From Mobula hypostoma (lineage: Eukaryota), in assembly GCF_963921235.1 (NCBI RefSeq), contig NC_086107.1:116748001-116812000 (forward strand): a stretch of 64,000 nucleotides of DNA, given 5' to 3'. Shown here in pieces: positions 37,045 to 50,523 of this stretch; within the stretch, counting starts at the first letter, position 1, and every line of letters starts with the position of its first letter. The notes beneath the pieces were generated by a model. That model made no database searches and was not told the DNA's origin. It worked only from the letters and a program-made list of their open reading frames with translations. Both the position numbers and the translations under genes were made by a program.

Positions 37045-40000
37045 AGCTAGATGATCTTGCAGCACAGTTAGAGATTGGCAGGTACGATGTCATGGGCATC
37101 ACTAAGTTGTAGCTGAAAGTAGATCATTGTTGGGAGCTTAACATCCAAGGATACACATTGTATCAGAGGGACGGGCAGGCAGAGGGGGTGGGGTGTCTCT
37201 GTCGGTGAAAAAAAAGAAACCAAATCTTTAGAAAGTAGTGACATAGGGTTGGAAGATATAGAATCCTCAGGATTAGAGTTAAGAGACTCTGATGAGTTAT
37301 ATACAGGCCTGTGAATAGTAGCCAGGATGTGGCTACAAATTACAACAGGAACACGCACAACACGCTGGAGGAACTCAACAGGTCGGGCAGCATCCATGGA
37401 AATGATCAGTCAACATTTTGGGCCGAGACCCTCCGTCAGGACAGTCCTGCAGGACTGTAGAATGAGATGGCTTTTAGAGCAGCTTGTGGCTGCGCCCACT
37501 GGCAGAAAGGCTATTCTAGTTTGGATGTTGTGTGTAATGAATCAGATTTGATTAGGAAATTTTAAGGTAAAGGAACCCTACAGAGACAATGATCATAATA
37601 TGATAGAATTATGTGTGGTTAGGCATAGCTCAAATACCACCTACACATTTGCTGACGATACAACCATTGTTGGTAGAATCTCAGGTGGTGACGAGAGGGC
37701 GTACAGGAGTGAGATATGCCAACTAGTGGAGTGGTGCCACAGCAACAACCTGGCACTCAACGTCAGTAAGACGAAAGAGCTGATTGTGGACTTCAGGAAG
37801 GGTAAGACGAAGGAGCATATACCAATCCTCGTAGAGGGATCAGAAGTGGAGAGAGTGAGCAGCTTCAAGTTCCTGGGTGTCAAGGTCTCTGAGGATCTGA
37901 CCTGGTCCCAACATATTGATGTAGTTATAAAGAAGGCAAGACAGCAGCTATACTTTATTAGGAGTTTGAAGGGACTTCCCATGTCAACAAATACACTCAA
38001 AAACTTCTATAGTTGTACCGTGGAGAGCATTCTGACAGGCTGCATCACTGTCTGGTATGGAGGGGCTGCTGCACAGGACCGAAAGAAGCTGCAGAGGGTT
38101 GTAAATCTAGTCAGCTCCATCTTGGGCACCAGCCTACAAAGTACCCTGGACATCTTTAGGGAGCGGTGTCTCAGAAAGGCAGCGTCCATTATTAAGGACC
38201 TTCAGCACCCAGGGCATGCCCTTTTCTCACTGTTATCATCAGGTAGGAGATACAGAAGCCTGAAGGCACACACTCAGCGATTCAAGAACAGCTTCTTCCC
38301 CTCTGCCATCCGATTCCTAAATGGACATTGAAACTTTGGATACTATCTCACTTTTTTTACTATACAGTATTTCTGTTTTTGCACATTCTTTTAAATCTAT
38401 TCAATATATGTAATTGATTTACCTGTTTATTATTGTTTTATTTTTTTTTCTTTCTCTCTGCTAGATTATGTATTGCATTGAAGTGCTGCTGCTAAGTTAA
38501 GAAATTTCACGTCACATGCCGTTGATAACAAACCTGATTCTGAATTCACCCTGCAGTTTGAAAGGGAGAAGGTGAAGTCAGATGTATCAGTATTACAGTG
38601 GAGTAAAGGGAATGTGAGAGAAGCTAACCAAAATGAATCGGAGTATCGGAATGGGCCACTGGCAGGGATGAAGCCAGAACAGCAATGGCAGGTGTTTCTG
38701 GGGGCATTTTGGATAGTGCAACATAGACACAGACCAAAGATGATGAAGTATTCCAAAGGGAGAATGAGGCAACTGTTGCTGACAAGGGCAGTCAGACAGT
38801 GTAAAAGCAAAAGGGAGGACATAATAGAGCAAAAATTAGTAAGAAGTTTTTAAAAGCCACAGGCAATTTAAAAAATCCATTAACGCGAGAAAAGATGAAG
38901 GTAAGCTAGCCAATAATATAAAAGAAGATACCATTTTTTTCTCCCCCCCAGAGTGGTTACTGGACAGCTTGAAAATGACACTGGAGAGGTAGTAATAAAG
39001 GACAAAGACATGGTGTATGAACTTAAGTATTTTGTGTAGGTCTTCACTGTGGAAGTCACTAACACTATGCCACATATTCGAGAGTGTCAGGGGGCAGAAG
39101 TGAATGTCGTAGCTATTACTAAGGTGTTTCAGAAGCTGAAAGCTATGACAGTAATTAAGTCACCTGGACCAGACGGACTACATCCCAAGGTTCCGAAAGA
39201 GGTAGCTGATGAGATTCTGGGGGAATTAGTAATGATCTTTAAAGAATCACTACATTCTGAAATGGTACCAGAAACATAGAAAAAAGCCTACAGCACAATA
39301 CAGGCCCTTCGGCCCACAATGCTGTGCCGAACATGTACTTACCTTAGAAATTACCTAGTTACCCATAGCCCTCCATGTACCTATCCAGGAGTCTCTTAAA
39401 AGACCCTATCATATCCGCCTCCAGCCCATTCCACGCGCTCACCACTCTCTGTGTAAAAAGCTTACCCCTGACATTCCCATGGTACGTACATCCAAGCACC
39501 TTAAAACTGTGCCCTCTCATGTTAGCCATTTCAGCCCTGGGAAAAAGCCCCTGACTATCCACATGTTCAATGCCTCTCATCATCTTATACACCTCTATCA
39601 GGTCACCTCTCATCCTCCGTCACTCCAAGGAGAAAAGGCCAAGTTCACTCAACCTAAGGCATGCTCCCCAATCCAGGTAACATCCTTGTAAATCCCCTCT
39701 GCATCCTTTCTATAGTTTCCACATCCTTCCTGTAGTGAGGTGACTAGAACTGAGCACAGTACTCCAAGTGGGGTCTGACCAGGGTCCACAGTACTCCAAG
39801 TGGGGTATGACCAGGGTCCTATATAGCTGTAACATTACCTCTCAGCCCTTAAACTCAATCCCATGGTTGATGAAGGCCAATGCACTGCAGAGTCTTAACC
39901 ACAGAGTCAACCTGCGTAGCAGCTTTGAGTGTCTTATGGACTCGGACCCCGACCCCAAGATCCCTCTGATCCTCCACACTGCCAAGTTTTACCATTAATA

Positions 40001-40790
40001 CTGTATTCTGCTATTATATTTGACCTACCAAAATGAACCACCTCACACTTATTTGGGTTGAACTCCATCTGCCACTTCTCAGGCCAGTTTTGTATCCTAT
40101 CGATGTCCCGCTGTAACCTCTGACAGCCCACCCTACTATCCACACACCCACAACCCATCCCTCCACTTCCTCATCCAGGTCATTTATAAAAATCATGAAG
40201 AGTAGGGGTCCCAGAACAGATCCCTGAGGCACACCACTGGTGATGGACCTCCGTGCAGAATATGACCCATCTACAACCACTCTTTGCTTTCTGTCGGCAA
40301 GCCAATTCTGGATCCACAAAGCAAGGTCCTCTTGGACTTACTTTCTCAATAAGCCTTGCATCGGGTACCTTATCAAATGCCTTGCTGAAATCCATATACA
40401 CTACATCTACTGCTCTACCTTCATCAAGAGGTCTTGAAATTTGGAAATGTTACTCCACTCTTTAAAAAGAGAGGCAAAGAGGCAGAATAAAGGAAATTAT
40501 AGGTCAGTTAGTCTGCCTTAAGTGATTGGGAGGATGTTGGAGTCCATTATTATAGATGAAGTTTCATGGTATTCAGAGACTCACGATAAAATAGGCAAAT
40601 GTCAGCATGGTTTCCTTAAGGGGTAACCTTGCCTGACAAATCTGTTGAGGAAATAACAGGTAGGATAGACAAAGGAGTGTCAGTATACGTTGTGTACTCG
40701 GATTTTCAGAAGGTCTCATTTCAAAAGATGTTACACATGAGGCTACTTAACAAGATAAGAGTCCATGGTATTACAGGAAAGATACTAGCA
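37045..40790 (+). mobile_element. Degraded CR1 hosting nested insertions (Penelope-like about 37350-37445, Rex1 37611-38541, minus-strand CR1 about 39270-40425)
   Basis: Collinear CR1 ORF2 remnants (KSPGPDGLHPKVPKE and others) resume after each insert. Confidence 0.8.
37611..38541 (+). mobile_element. Rex1/Babar LINE 3' fragment with open frame
   Basis: ORF 37600-38331 FADDTTIVGRIS...FKFLGV...FKNSFFPSAIRFLN; AAACCTGATTCT tail; GAATT on both sides. Confidence 0.92.
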
Positions 40791-41648
40791 TAGTCTGGTT
40801 ACATCACAGTCTGGGACTGCAATCTGAATGCACGAGGCAGGTTTTCTATGTTTCTACGAATGGAAATAGCTGCAGAGATAAGTGGACTCAGCATTATATA
40901 TTAAGGGCACATACCTCCCTACCATGGATAAAATGAATAATCAGAGTCTTTATCTCCAGGTTAGGGCAGTCTTCAACAAACGGCACAGGTTTGAAGTGAG
41001 AAGGGAGAGGCAGGTTTTTACCAATGCACCACAGAGATCATTCTATCTGGGTGCATCACAGCCTTGTGTAGCAGTTACTCTGTCCGTGACCAGAACAAAC
41101 TGATGAGAATTGTGGACATCACAGAAACCAGCTGCCCCTACAGGGACTCCTGCACTTCCACTGCCTTGGTAAAGCAGTCAGCATCACTAAAGATCCAACC
41201 AACTCCAGACGTTCCTTCTTCTCCCATCTCTCACCGGGCAGAAGATAAAAAAGCCTGAAAGCATATCTCACCAGGTTCTAGCCCGGCTTCTACTCTACTG
41301 CAAAAAGACCAGTGACCAGTCTCTTTGAACAATGAGATGGACTCTTTTATGATCTTGCAGCTTACTGTCTGCCTGCACTGCCCTTTCTCTGTAACTGTAA
41401 CACTTCATTCAGCATTCTGTTACCAGAAAATGTACAGTCTTTAATGCTGTTGGTTGCTTTAGCAAGGGAGCAGGAAGTGTAGACACAGCCCATGGACGTG
41501 AGGCTGGTTGCCGTGGTGTGCTGAGCTGTGTCCACAACTCTCTGCAGTTTCCTGTGGTCATGGGTAGAGCACAGCAGCCGGGAAGGCGGGGTGAGGAGCG
41601 GAGAGAGAGAGGAATAGGAATGGAGAGGAAAAGAGGGAGGGGAGTCAC

Positions 41649-41719
41649 CTTTTGTCCCGAGACACTTTAATGAATTTTCTCTGGGCCTTGCGGAGTTCCA
41701 GCTGGAAGCATTCCTGTTC
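41649..41719 (-). CDS. INO80E: INO80E coding exon 2 ([23 protein letters not shown])
   Basis: CAG acceptor, GTGAC donor, 71 nt, phase 0 to 2; matches [24 protein letters not shown]. Confidence 0.96.
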
Positions 41720-42371
41720 CTGCATTTGGGAGATGGGATTTGGGAGGTTGGGGGGGGGGGGGGGAGGAGAGAAAAAGAGCATTAGACCAGAATGATGATC
41801 CCTGAGCGAAGAGGGATTAAAGCAGTGGTGAGGGGAAAAATGGATGTGTGGATTTAGGCAGCTGGGACCCTGAGGTATAAGAGAGATATATGAGCAGAGC
41901 AGGTTGGCAGGCCAGAATGCTGTATTGGGACAGATGCTGTACGGGGAGGAACTGTCAAGGCTTTAGGTCAGAATGCTGTATTATACAGAGAGTGGAATAC
42001 AGTGTGGGAGTAGTGGGACACAGAATACAAGGATGGGGTGGGGGGGAAATTGAGCTTGGGAGGAAAGGTCAGAAGGAGATAAACAAGAACACAAAGATTC
42101 TACCAGTCACAGAGTGAGAAAGCACAGAAACAGGCCCTTCGACCCAACTGTTCCATGCTGACACAAATCCTTATCTGTCAGGTTTTGGCCCACCCCAGAC
42201 TGGTTCAAATGATGAAGTTACAGTGCCAGTAGAGTTTAAATCTAGCACGTAGAAAGTACATACTCTCTTTTTGCTGTCTAGGTCATCACTGGCTGGAGGT
42301 GGTGGTGCCATGGAAACAGTAAACAGTGGAGGTGTGCTGCTGTGAAGAGGCCCTGGGCACACACTTCAGAT

Positions 42372-43185
42372 AAGCAACACACATCAAAGTTGCTGGTGAA
42401 TGCATCAGGCTAGGCAGCATCTCTAGGAAGAGGTACAGTCGTCGTTTCAGGCCAAGACCCTTCGTCAGGACTAACTGAAGGAAGAGCTAGTAAGAGATTT
42501 GAAAGTGGGAGGGGGAGATCCGAAATGATAGGAGAAGACAGGAGGGGGAGGGATGGAGCCAAGAGCTGGACAGGTGATTGGCAAAAGGGATATGAGAGGA
42601 TCATGGGACAGGAGGCCCAGGGAGAAGGAAAAGGGGGAGGGGGGAAACCCAGAGGATGAGCAAGGGGTATAGTCAGAGGGACAGAGGGAGAAAAAGAATG
42701 AGCCTCTAACCTGATGGCATGAACACTGACTTCTCAAACTTCCGCTAATACCCCACCTCCCCCTCGTACCCCATCCATTATTTATTTATATACACACATT
42801 CTTTCTCTTTCTCTCCTTTTTTCCCTCTGTCCCTCTCACTATACCCCTTGCCCATCCTCTGGGTTTTTCCCCCCTCCCCCTTTTCCTTCTCCCTGGGTCT
42901 CCTGTCCCATGATCCTCTCATATCCCTTTTGCCAATCACCTGTCCAGCTCTTGGCTCCATCCCTCCCACTCCTGTCTTCTCCTGTCGTTTCAGATCTCCC
43001 CCTCCCCCTCCCACTTTCAAATCTCTTACTAGCTCTTCCTTCAGTTAGTCCTGACGAAGGGTCTCGGCCCAAAATATCAAGTGTACCTCTTCCTAGAGAT
43101 GCTGCCTAGCCTGATGCATTCACCAGCAACTTTTATGTGTGTTGCTTGAAATTCCAGCATCTGTAGATTTCCTCGTGTTTGCGTC
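42372..43185. mobile_element. Penelope-like insertion forming an inverted repeat with arms of about 320 bp
   Basis: 42372-42696 is the reverse complement of about 42816-43147; both arms carry hammerhead-like motifs. Confidence 0.88.
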
Positions 43186-43339
43186 TTTAGATAAACATTT
43201 GTCATTGTATGTATGATCAATGTCTGTTTTGTCCTGTTACCTCGGGCACTCAGTTTAGATAAATATTTGTAACCAAGCATAACTCGAACTTGCATCGCCC
43301 TCCATTCCCCATGTATCCATGATCCATTCCCTGCATGTT

Positions 43340-44510
43340 CAAAAGGATATTATAGGCCAGTTAGATTGACCCAAGTGGTTCAGAAGATGGTGTAGTCAAT
43401 AGTTAAGAATGCCGTTACGGGGTACTTGGCAGCACATGATAAATAGGACATAGTCAGCATTGTTTCCTCAAGGGAAAATCCTGCCTGACAAATCCGTTCA
43501 AATTCTTTGAAGAAATAATAAGCAGGATAGACAAAGGCCATCAGTTGATGAGTGTTGGGAGTGGGAGGGGTCGGGTGGTGGGGAGTATACCCCTCAACAA
43601 TTATGTGGTAAGGTGAACAACTGGAGTGCCACGTGGGTGGCCATAAGTATGGATATGTACAGACGATAAGGGAAAGTATGTAAAGAATGGAAAGTTATTG
43701 AATGGCTTATTGTATATAATTTTATTTTTGAATAAAGTATATTTTGAAATATAAAAAAAATCAGTTGATGAGTGTACTTGGATTTTCAGAAGGCCTTTGA
43801 CAAGGTGCCACATGAGGCTGCTTAACGAGAGCCCATGGTATATTATGGGAAAGATCCTAGCATGGATAAAGCAGTCGCTGACTGGTAGGAGGCAAACAGT
43901 GGGAAGAAAGGGGGCCTTTTCTGGTTGGCTGCCGGTGACTCATGGTGTTCCATAGTGGTCTGTGTTGGACCGATTCTTTTTACATTATACGTCAATGATT
44001 TGTATGACAGAATTGATGGCTTTGTTGCAAAGTTTGCAGATGATACAAAGTAAGGTGGAGGGCAGGGTAGTCTTGAGGAAGTAGAGAGACTACACAGATT
44101 ATGAGAATGGACAAAGAAGTGGTAGATGGAATACAGTGTCCGGAAGTGTATGGTCGTGCACTTTGGTAAAAGCAATGAAAGGGTTGACTATTTTCTTTTA
44201 TAGTCTTTTGGGTAAACAGCGCATTTGACTGCTACTCTTGTTCATTGGCAACCCAACCGCCCCCCCCCCCCCGGTATAGAGAATATACAAAATATAGAGA
44301 AAATACAAAAAACTGAAGCACAAAGTGACTTGGGAGTCCTTGTGCAGGATTCCCTAAAGGTTGAGTCTGTGATGAGGAAGGCAAATGCGATGTTAGCATT
44401 CATTTCAAGAGGACGACCATTAAAAAGAGCAAGGATGTAATGTTGAGACTCGATAAAGCACTGGTGATGCCTCACTTGAGGTATTGTGAGCAGTTTTGAG
44501 CCTCTTATAG
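43340..44510 (+). mobile_element. Degraded CR1 RT fragment
   Basis: LDFQKAFDKVPH, KFADDT and KANAMLAFISRG remnants. Confidence 0.85.
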
Positions 44511-45733
44511 CAGGGGTCCCCAACCTTTTTTGCTCTGCGGACCGGTTTAATATTGACAATATTCTTGCGGACCGGCCAACTGGTGGGGGGGGGGGGCGCG
44601 GTTGGGTTGCCAATGAACAAGAGTAGCAGTCAAATGCGCTGTTTACCCAAAAGACTACAATGACCATGAAGCCTTGCGCGGGCACCAATGCGCATGTGCG
44701 TCGTGACCTGCCGATTCCTCTCCCCCACCCCCCCCCAAACAAATCCTTTTTGGTGATTCTGTTCGTGGGGGTGGGTGTTAATCACTACCGGAATATAGGT
44801 GATAAGTGGGTAATACCCTCAATTCTGTTTCTAAAAGGGTTTATCTAACTAATTTAATATTAAACACACAGTGCATATTTTCCTCACATGGATATAATGA
44901 TAAGTCAGTTATCAGGGGAGCTTGAAGTGTTGAACCAACTTCCAGTAGAAGTGGCAGAAGCAGGTTTGATATGATCATTTAAAGAAAAATTGGATAGGTA
45001 TATGGACAGGAAAGGAATGGAGGATTATGGGCTGAGTGCAGGTCGGCGGGACTAGGTGAGAGTAGCGTTCGGCACGGACTAGAAGGGCCGAGATGGCCTG
45101 TTTCCGTGCTGTAATTGTTATATGGTTATATAGGTCACTTATAAGTCAATAGCATCATCACATTTTAAGTAATATTTGGATATTAAACGCACAGCACATA
45201 TTTTCCCCGTATGAATATATAAAATCATTGCAACACACCAATATCGCTGAATCAGCGGGAGCCCTGGGCTTGTTTCCCTGCAATGACACCGTCCTATCGA
45301 GGGGTGATGGGAGACAGCGATACTCGAAGGGGGTTCCTGATGTCCAGTCTATTCCGCAATTAGTTTTAGTTGCATTCATTGCAGAAAACTCCGCTTAGCA
45401 GAAAAATGTTGGAAATGAAAACAACGTTTTCAGTGCTTGCATGGCTATCTCAGGATATTTAGCCTTGACCTTGATCCAAAATGCCGGCAGAGATGTTATG
45501 TCAAACATACTTTACAGCCTGTCGTCATTTGCAAGCTCGAGGAGTTGATCTCCTTTCCGCCCTGACACGGATGACGTGCAAGTCATGACCTTGCATGCGT
45601 AATGGCTGATCAGTGGCCGTGGCAGGGAATGAGGAACGGTGCAGCTGACCAAATCATATCGCTTCCTCGTGGCCCGGTAGCGCATGCTCTGTGGCCCGGT
45701 ACCGGTCCGTGGCCTGGTGGTTGGGGACCGCTG
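44511..45733 (-). mobile_element. Internally deleted hAT-Charlie-type DNA transposon
   Basis: TIRs CAGGGGTCCCCAACC / GGTTGGGGACCGCTG; perfect 8-bp TSD TCTTATAG (44503-44510, 45734-45741) with central TA; transposase C-terminal remnant on minus (..FSAMNATKT..RNRLDIRNPLRVSLSPITPR..GKQAQGS); CR1 tail inside at about 44925-45130. Confidence 0.93.
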
Positions 45734-45747
45734 TCTTATAGGACCCT

Positions 45748-46710
45748 AAGATATAGGAGCAGAATTAGGCCATTTGGCCCATTGAGTCTGCTCTGCCATT
45801 TCATCACAGCTGAGCCAATTTTCCTCTCAGCCCCAATCTCCTGCTTTCATCCCATATCCCTTCATGCCCTGACCAATCAAGAATCTATTAACCTTTGCCT
45901 TAACTATACATAAAGACTTGGCCTCCACAGCTGTCTGTGGCAATGGATTCCATAGATCCACCACTCTCTGGCTAAAGAAATTCCTCCATTCCAAAAGGAC
46001 GCCCCTCTACTCTGAGGCTGTGTCCTCTGGTCTTTGACTCTCCCACCACAGGAAACATCCTCTCCACATCTACTCTTTCAATGCCTTTCACCATTCAATA
46101 GATTTCAATGAGGTCATCCCTCATTCTTCTGAACTCTCAGAGCCATCAAACATTCTTCATTTGACAAGCCATTCAATCCAGGAACCATTTTCGTGAACCC
46201 CTTTGAACCCTCTGCTGTTTCAGCACCCTCTTTTTTAGATAAGAGGACCAAAACTGCTCACAATACTCCGAGGCCTCACCAGTGCTTTATAAAGTTTCAA
46301 CATTACATTCTTGCTTTTATATTTCTAGTCCTCTTGGAATGAATGCTAACATTGCATTTGCATTCAACACACTCAACCTGCAAGTTAACCTTTAGAGAAT
46401 CCTGCACAAGGACTCCGAAGTCCCTTTGCATCTGATTTTTTTGTATTTTCTTTCCATTTAGAAAATAGTCAACTCTATAATTTTTTTCTACCAAAGTGCA
46501 TGACCATACACTTCCTGACTTCATTCCACCTGCCATTTCTTTGCCCATTCTCCTCACCTAAGCCCTTATGTAGCCTCTCTACTTCCTCAAAACTACCTGC
46601 TCCTCCACCTGTCTTCATATCATCTGCAAACTTTTCAAGAAGGCCATCAATTCCATCATGGAAATCACTGACATACAACGTAAAAAGAATCGGTACCAAC
46701 ACAGACCCCT
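45748..46710 (-). mobile_element. Degraded CR1 fragment
   Basis: KFADDMK, MVMHFGRK and a CR1-type 3' end. Confidence 0.85.
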
Positions 46711-47812
46711 AATAAAGGCAAACGTGCTGTACGCCTTCTTTATCACCGTCACCCAGAGCGGTAACTTTCATGGAGCCATGGACTTAGACCCCAAGATCCC
46801 TATGTACATCAACACTGTTAAGAGTCCTGCCATTAATTGAGTCCTGTCCCTTTACACTTGACCCCCCAAAGTGGAACACCTAACACTTGCCTGGATTAAA
46901 CTCCATCAGCTATTTCTCTGCCAACATTTCCAAGTAATCTATATGCCGCTGCATCCTTTAACAAAGCAAATCTCTATGTTGTCTGTGAATTTAATTAGAA
47001 GCCGTAAGATATCAGATGGCAGATGTTGAAATGCGAAGCAACACACAAACTCTTGGAGGAACTCAGCGGCTTGGGCACTGACTGCAGAGGGACATGCAGT
47101 GGATCAAGGGTACTGAGTGTGAATTTTCTTCCACAGATTCAGCCTGACCAGTTGAATTTCCCCAACTCTGTGCCATGATCAAAAATCAGACAATCTGCAT
47201 TTCATTCAATCTGGTCATTTGTCTAACACACAACAGAGCTGATACCAACAAGTCAGAGAGGGGGCAGGAAAGATTCACCAGGACGTTCCCGGACTGGAGG
47301 GCTTGTGTTACAGGAGAGACTGACAGGCTGGTAGAGTTTTCCCCGGATCAAAGGAGGCTGAGGGGTGACCTTAAAGAGTTCTACAAAACCACGAGGGGCA
47401 CGGATAAGGTGAAAGCGCACAGGGTTGAGGAATCAAGAGCCAGAGGGCAGAAGTTTAAGGTGAAATCTTTAACAGGGACCCATTGGGCAAGTTTTTTCAC
47501 TCAGAGGGTGGTCTGTATATGGAATGAGCTGCCAGAGGAAGTGACTGAGGCAGGTATGTTAACAACATTTGAATGCTATCCTCCCCAACTCCCTCCATTC
47601 CCCACTGCCTTTCCTGCACCTCCTTCCCATTATCCTGTTTTATCTCCTCCCTTCCCTCTTTGCAATGTTAACCCTGATCCACTGACCCTGGTGAACCTCC
47701 ACCCCCTTCCCCACCCCACACTTCTCCCCTTCCTCCCTCCTCTCAACCCTCTATCTCTCTCCACCCCTAAACCTTGCATACACACCATCCCCCCACTCTC
47801 CCCCTTGTCTTA

Positions 47813-50450
47813 GGTAAAGGACCAAACTGCTCTCATTATTCCAAGTGAGGCCTCACCAGTGCTTTATAAAATTTCAACATTACATCCTTGCTTTTATATT
47901 CTAGTCCTCTTGAAATGAATGCTAACATCGCATTTGTCTTCCACACCACAGACTCAACCTGCCCGCACGACAACTCCAAGTTCCCTTGCACCGCAGATTT
48001 TTGAATTTTCTGCCCATTTAGAGAACCTACATTTTTATTCCTTGTACCACGGTGTATGACCATGCACTTCCCTACACTATATTCTACTCCTTTGCCGATT
48101 CTCCTAATCTGTCCAAATACTTTCGTAGCCTCCCTGCTTCCTCAAAACTACCTGCATCTCCACCTTTCACATTGTCCACAGACTTTGCCAAAAAGCCATC
48201 AATTCCATCATATTGCTTAAAAATAAGTGGTTCCAACACAGACTCCTGTGAAACACCAATTTAGACACTGGCAGCAAACCAGAAAAGGTTCCCTTTATTC
48301 CCTCTCTTTGCCTCCTGCCAATCAGCCAATCCTCTATCCATGCTAGTATCTTTCCTGGAAATCTATGGGCTGTTAACTTGTTAAGCAGCCTCATGTGTAA
48401 CACCCAGTCAAAGTCTGCTGAAAATCCAAGTACAGATCATCCACTAATTCTCCTTTGTCTATCCTGCTTGTTATTTCCTCAATGAATTCTAACAGATTTG
48501 TCAGGCAAGATTTTCCCTTCAGGAAACCATGCTGATTTTGTCCTATTTTATCATGTGCCTCCAAGTACTCCACATCCTTAACAATCGACTCCAACACCTT
48601 CCCAACCACTGAGGTCAGGATAACTGGCCGATAATTTCCTCTCTTCTGTCTCCCTCCCTTCTTGAAGAGTGGAGGGACATTTATAATTTTCCAATCCTCT
48701 GGAACCATGCCAGAATCTAATGATTCTTGAAAGGCCATTAATAATGCCGCCACAATCTCTTCAGCTACCTTTTTTAGAACCCTGAGCTGCAGTCCATCTG
48801 GTCCAGGTGACTTACCTACCTTCAGACCTTTCAGCTTCCCAAGCACCTTCTCCCTGCTAATAGCAATTGCATTCACTCCTCTCCCCTCACACTCTCAAAC
48901 TTCCACTGTTCCCCTCCTTCTGACTTTTTTTAAGTTACCTTCTGTTGGTTTCTAAAATCTTCTCAATCTTCCGACTTCCCACTAATTTTAGCTCTATTTT
49001 AAGCCCTCTCTTTTGCTTTTATGTTGCTTCTGATTTCCCTTGCCAGCCATGATTGTGTTATCTTGTCTTTAGAATACTTCTTCCTCTTTGGGATGCATCT
49101 TCTTTGGGATCTCATGTGGTCTGTACACACCAGCTGCGTGGTGAAAAAGGCATAACAGCACCTCTTTCACCACAGATGGTTGAAGAAGTTTGGTATGGGC
49201 CCCCGAATCCTAAGAACTTTCTGCAGGGACACAGTTGAGAGCATCCTGACTGGCTGCATTGCTGCCTGGTGTGGGAACTGTACCTCCCCCAATCACAGGA
49301 CTCTGCAGAGAGTGGTGCGTACAGCCCAGCGCATCTGTAGATGTAAACTTCCTACTATCAGGACATTTACAAAGGCAGGTGTGTAAAAAGGGCCTGAAGA
49401 ATCATTGGGGACCCGAGTTACCCCAACCACAAACTGTTCCAGCTGCTACCATCCGGGAAACGGTACCGCAGCATAAAAGCCAGGACCAACAGGCTCCAGG
49501 ACAGGTTTTTCCACCAGGCTGTCAGACTGATTAATTCATGCTGACACAATTGTATTTCAATGTTATATTGACTGTCCCATTGCACATACTATTTATTACA
49601 AATTACTATAAATTGCACATTTAGATGGAGACGTAACATAAAGATTTTTACTTCTCATGTATACGAAGGATGTAAGTAATAAAGTCAATTCACTATGTCC
49701 TGTGCCTTCTGAATTGCTCCAAGAAATTCCAGCCATATGTGCTCTATTCCTAAAAGTTGCTGGTGGAATGCAGTAGGCCAGGCAGCATCTCTAGGAAGAG
49801 GTACAGTCGATGTTTCAGGCAGAGACCCTTCGTCAGGGTCTTCCTAGAGATGCTGCCTAGCCTGCTGCGTTCACCAGCAACTTTTATGTGTGCTGCTTGA
49901 AATTTCAGCATCTGCAGATTTCCTTGCGTTACTGCTCTATTCCTGCTAGTGGCCCCTTCCAATTTATTTTGACCAGGTCCTCTCTCATGCCTCTGTAATT
50001 CTTTCCTCAACTGAAATACTAATACATCTGACTTTGGCTTCTCCTTCTCAAATTGCAGGGTGAATTCTATCATATTGTCTCCTAAGGGTTCCTTTACCTT
50101 AAGCTCTTTAATCAATTCCAGTTCATTGCACAACACCCAATCCAGAATAGCTGATATATAGTGAGCACAACTATGCTCTAAAAAATAATCTTTATAGGCA
50201 TTTGACAAATTCTCCCTTTGGATCCAGCATCAACCTGATTTTCCCAATCTACCTGCAAATTGAAATCCTCCATGACTATTGTAACATTGTCTTTTTGACA
50301 CAGATTTTCTATATCTCATTGTAATTTGTAGACCACATCCTTAACTGCTCCTAAGGGCACTGTATACAACTCTAATCAGGGTCGTTTTGCCCTTGCAATT
50401 TCTTAACTCTTCCCACAACAAAGTTTCTACATCTTCCAAATCTATGACCA
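47813..50450 (-). mobile_element. Degraded CR1 with nested Rex1 (about 49120-49692, plus) and Penelope-like insert (49752-49932)
   Basis: ORF 48391-48876 KSPGPDGL...NYRPVILTSVVGKVLE...GKSCLTNLLEF; the Penelope-like insert is flanked by TGCTCTATTCCT (49740-49751, 49933-49944). Confidence 0.88.
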
Positions 50451-50523
50451 ACATCTCCCTTCCACCACACCCCTACCTCTCATTCCTCCCCCAACATGAC
50501 TCCCACCCCTTCCCCACATGCCT

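Noticed and set aside
42171..42362. 63-aa ORF in INO80E intron 1 as an alternative exon
   Set aside because: No similarity to INO80E, no convincing splice-site pair, and exons 1 and 2 already join to give the conserved protein.
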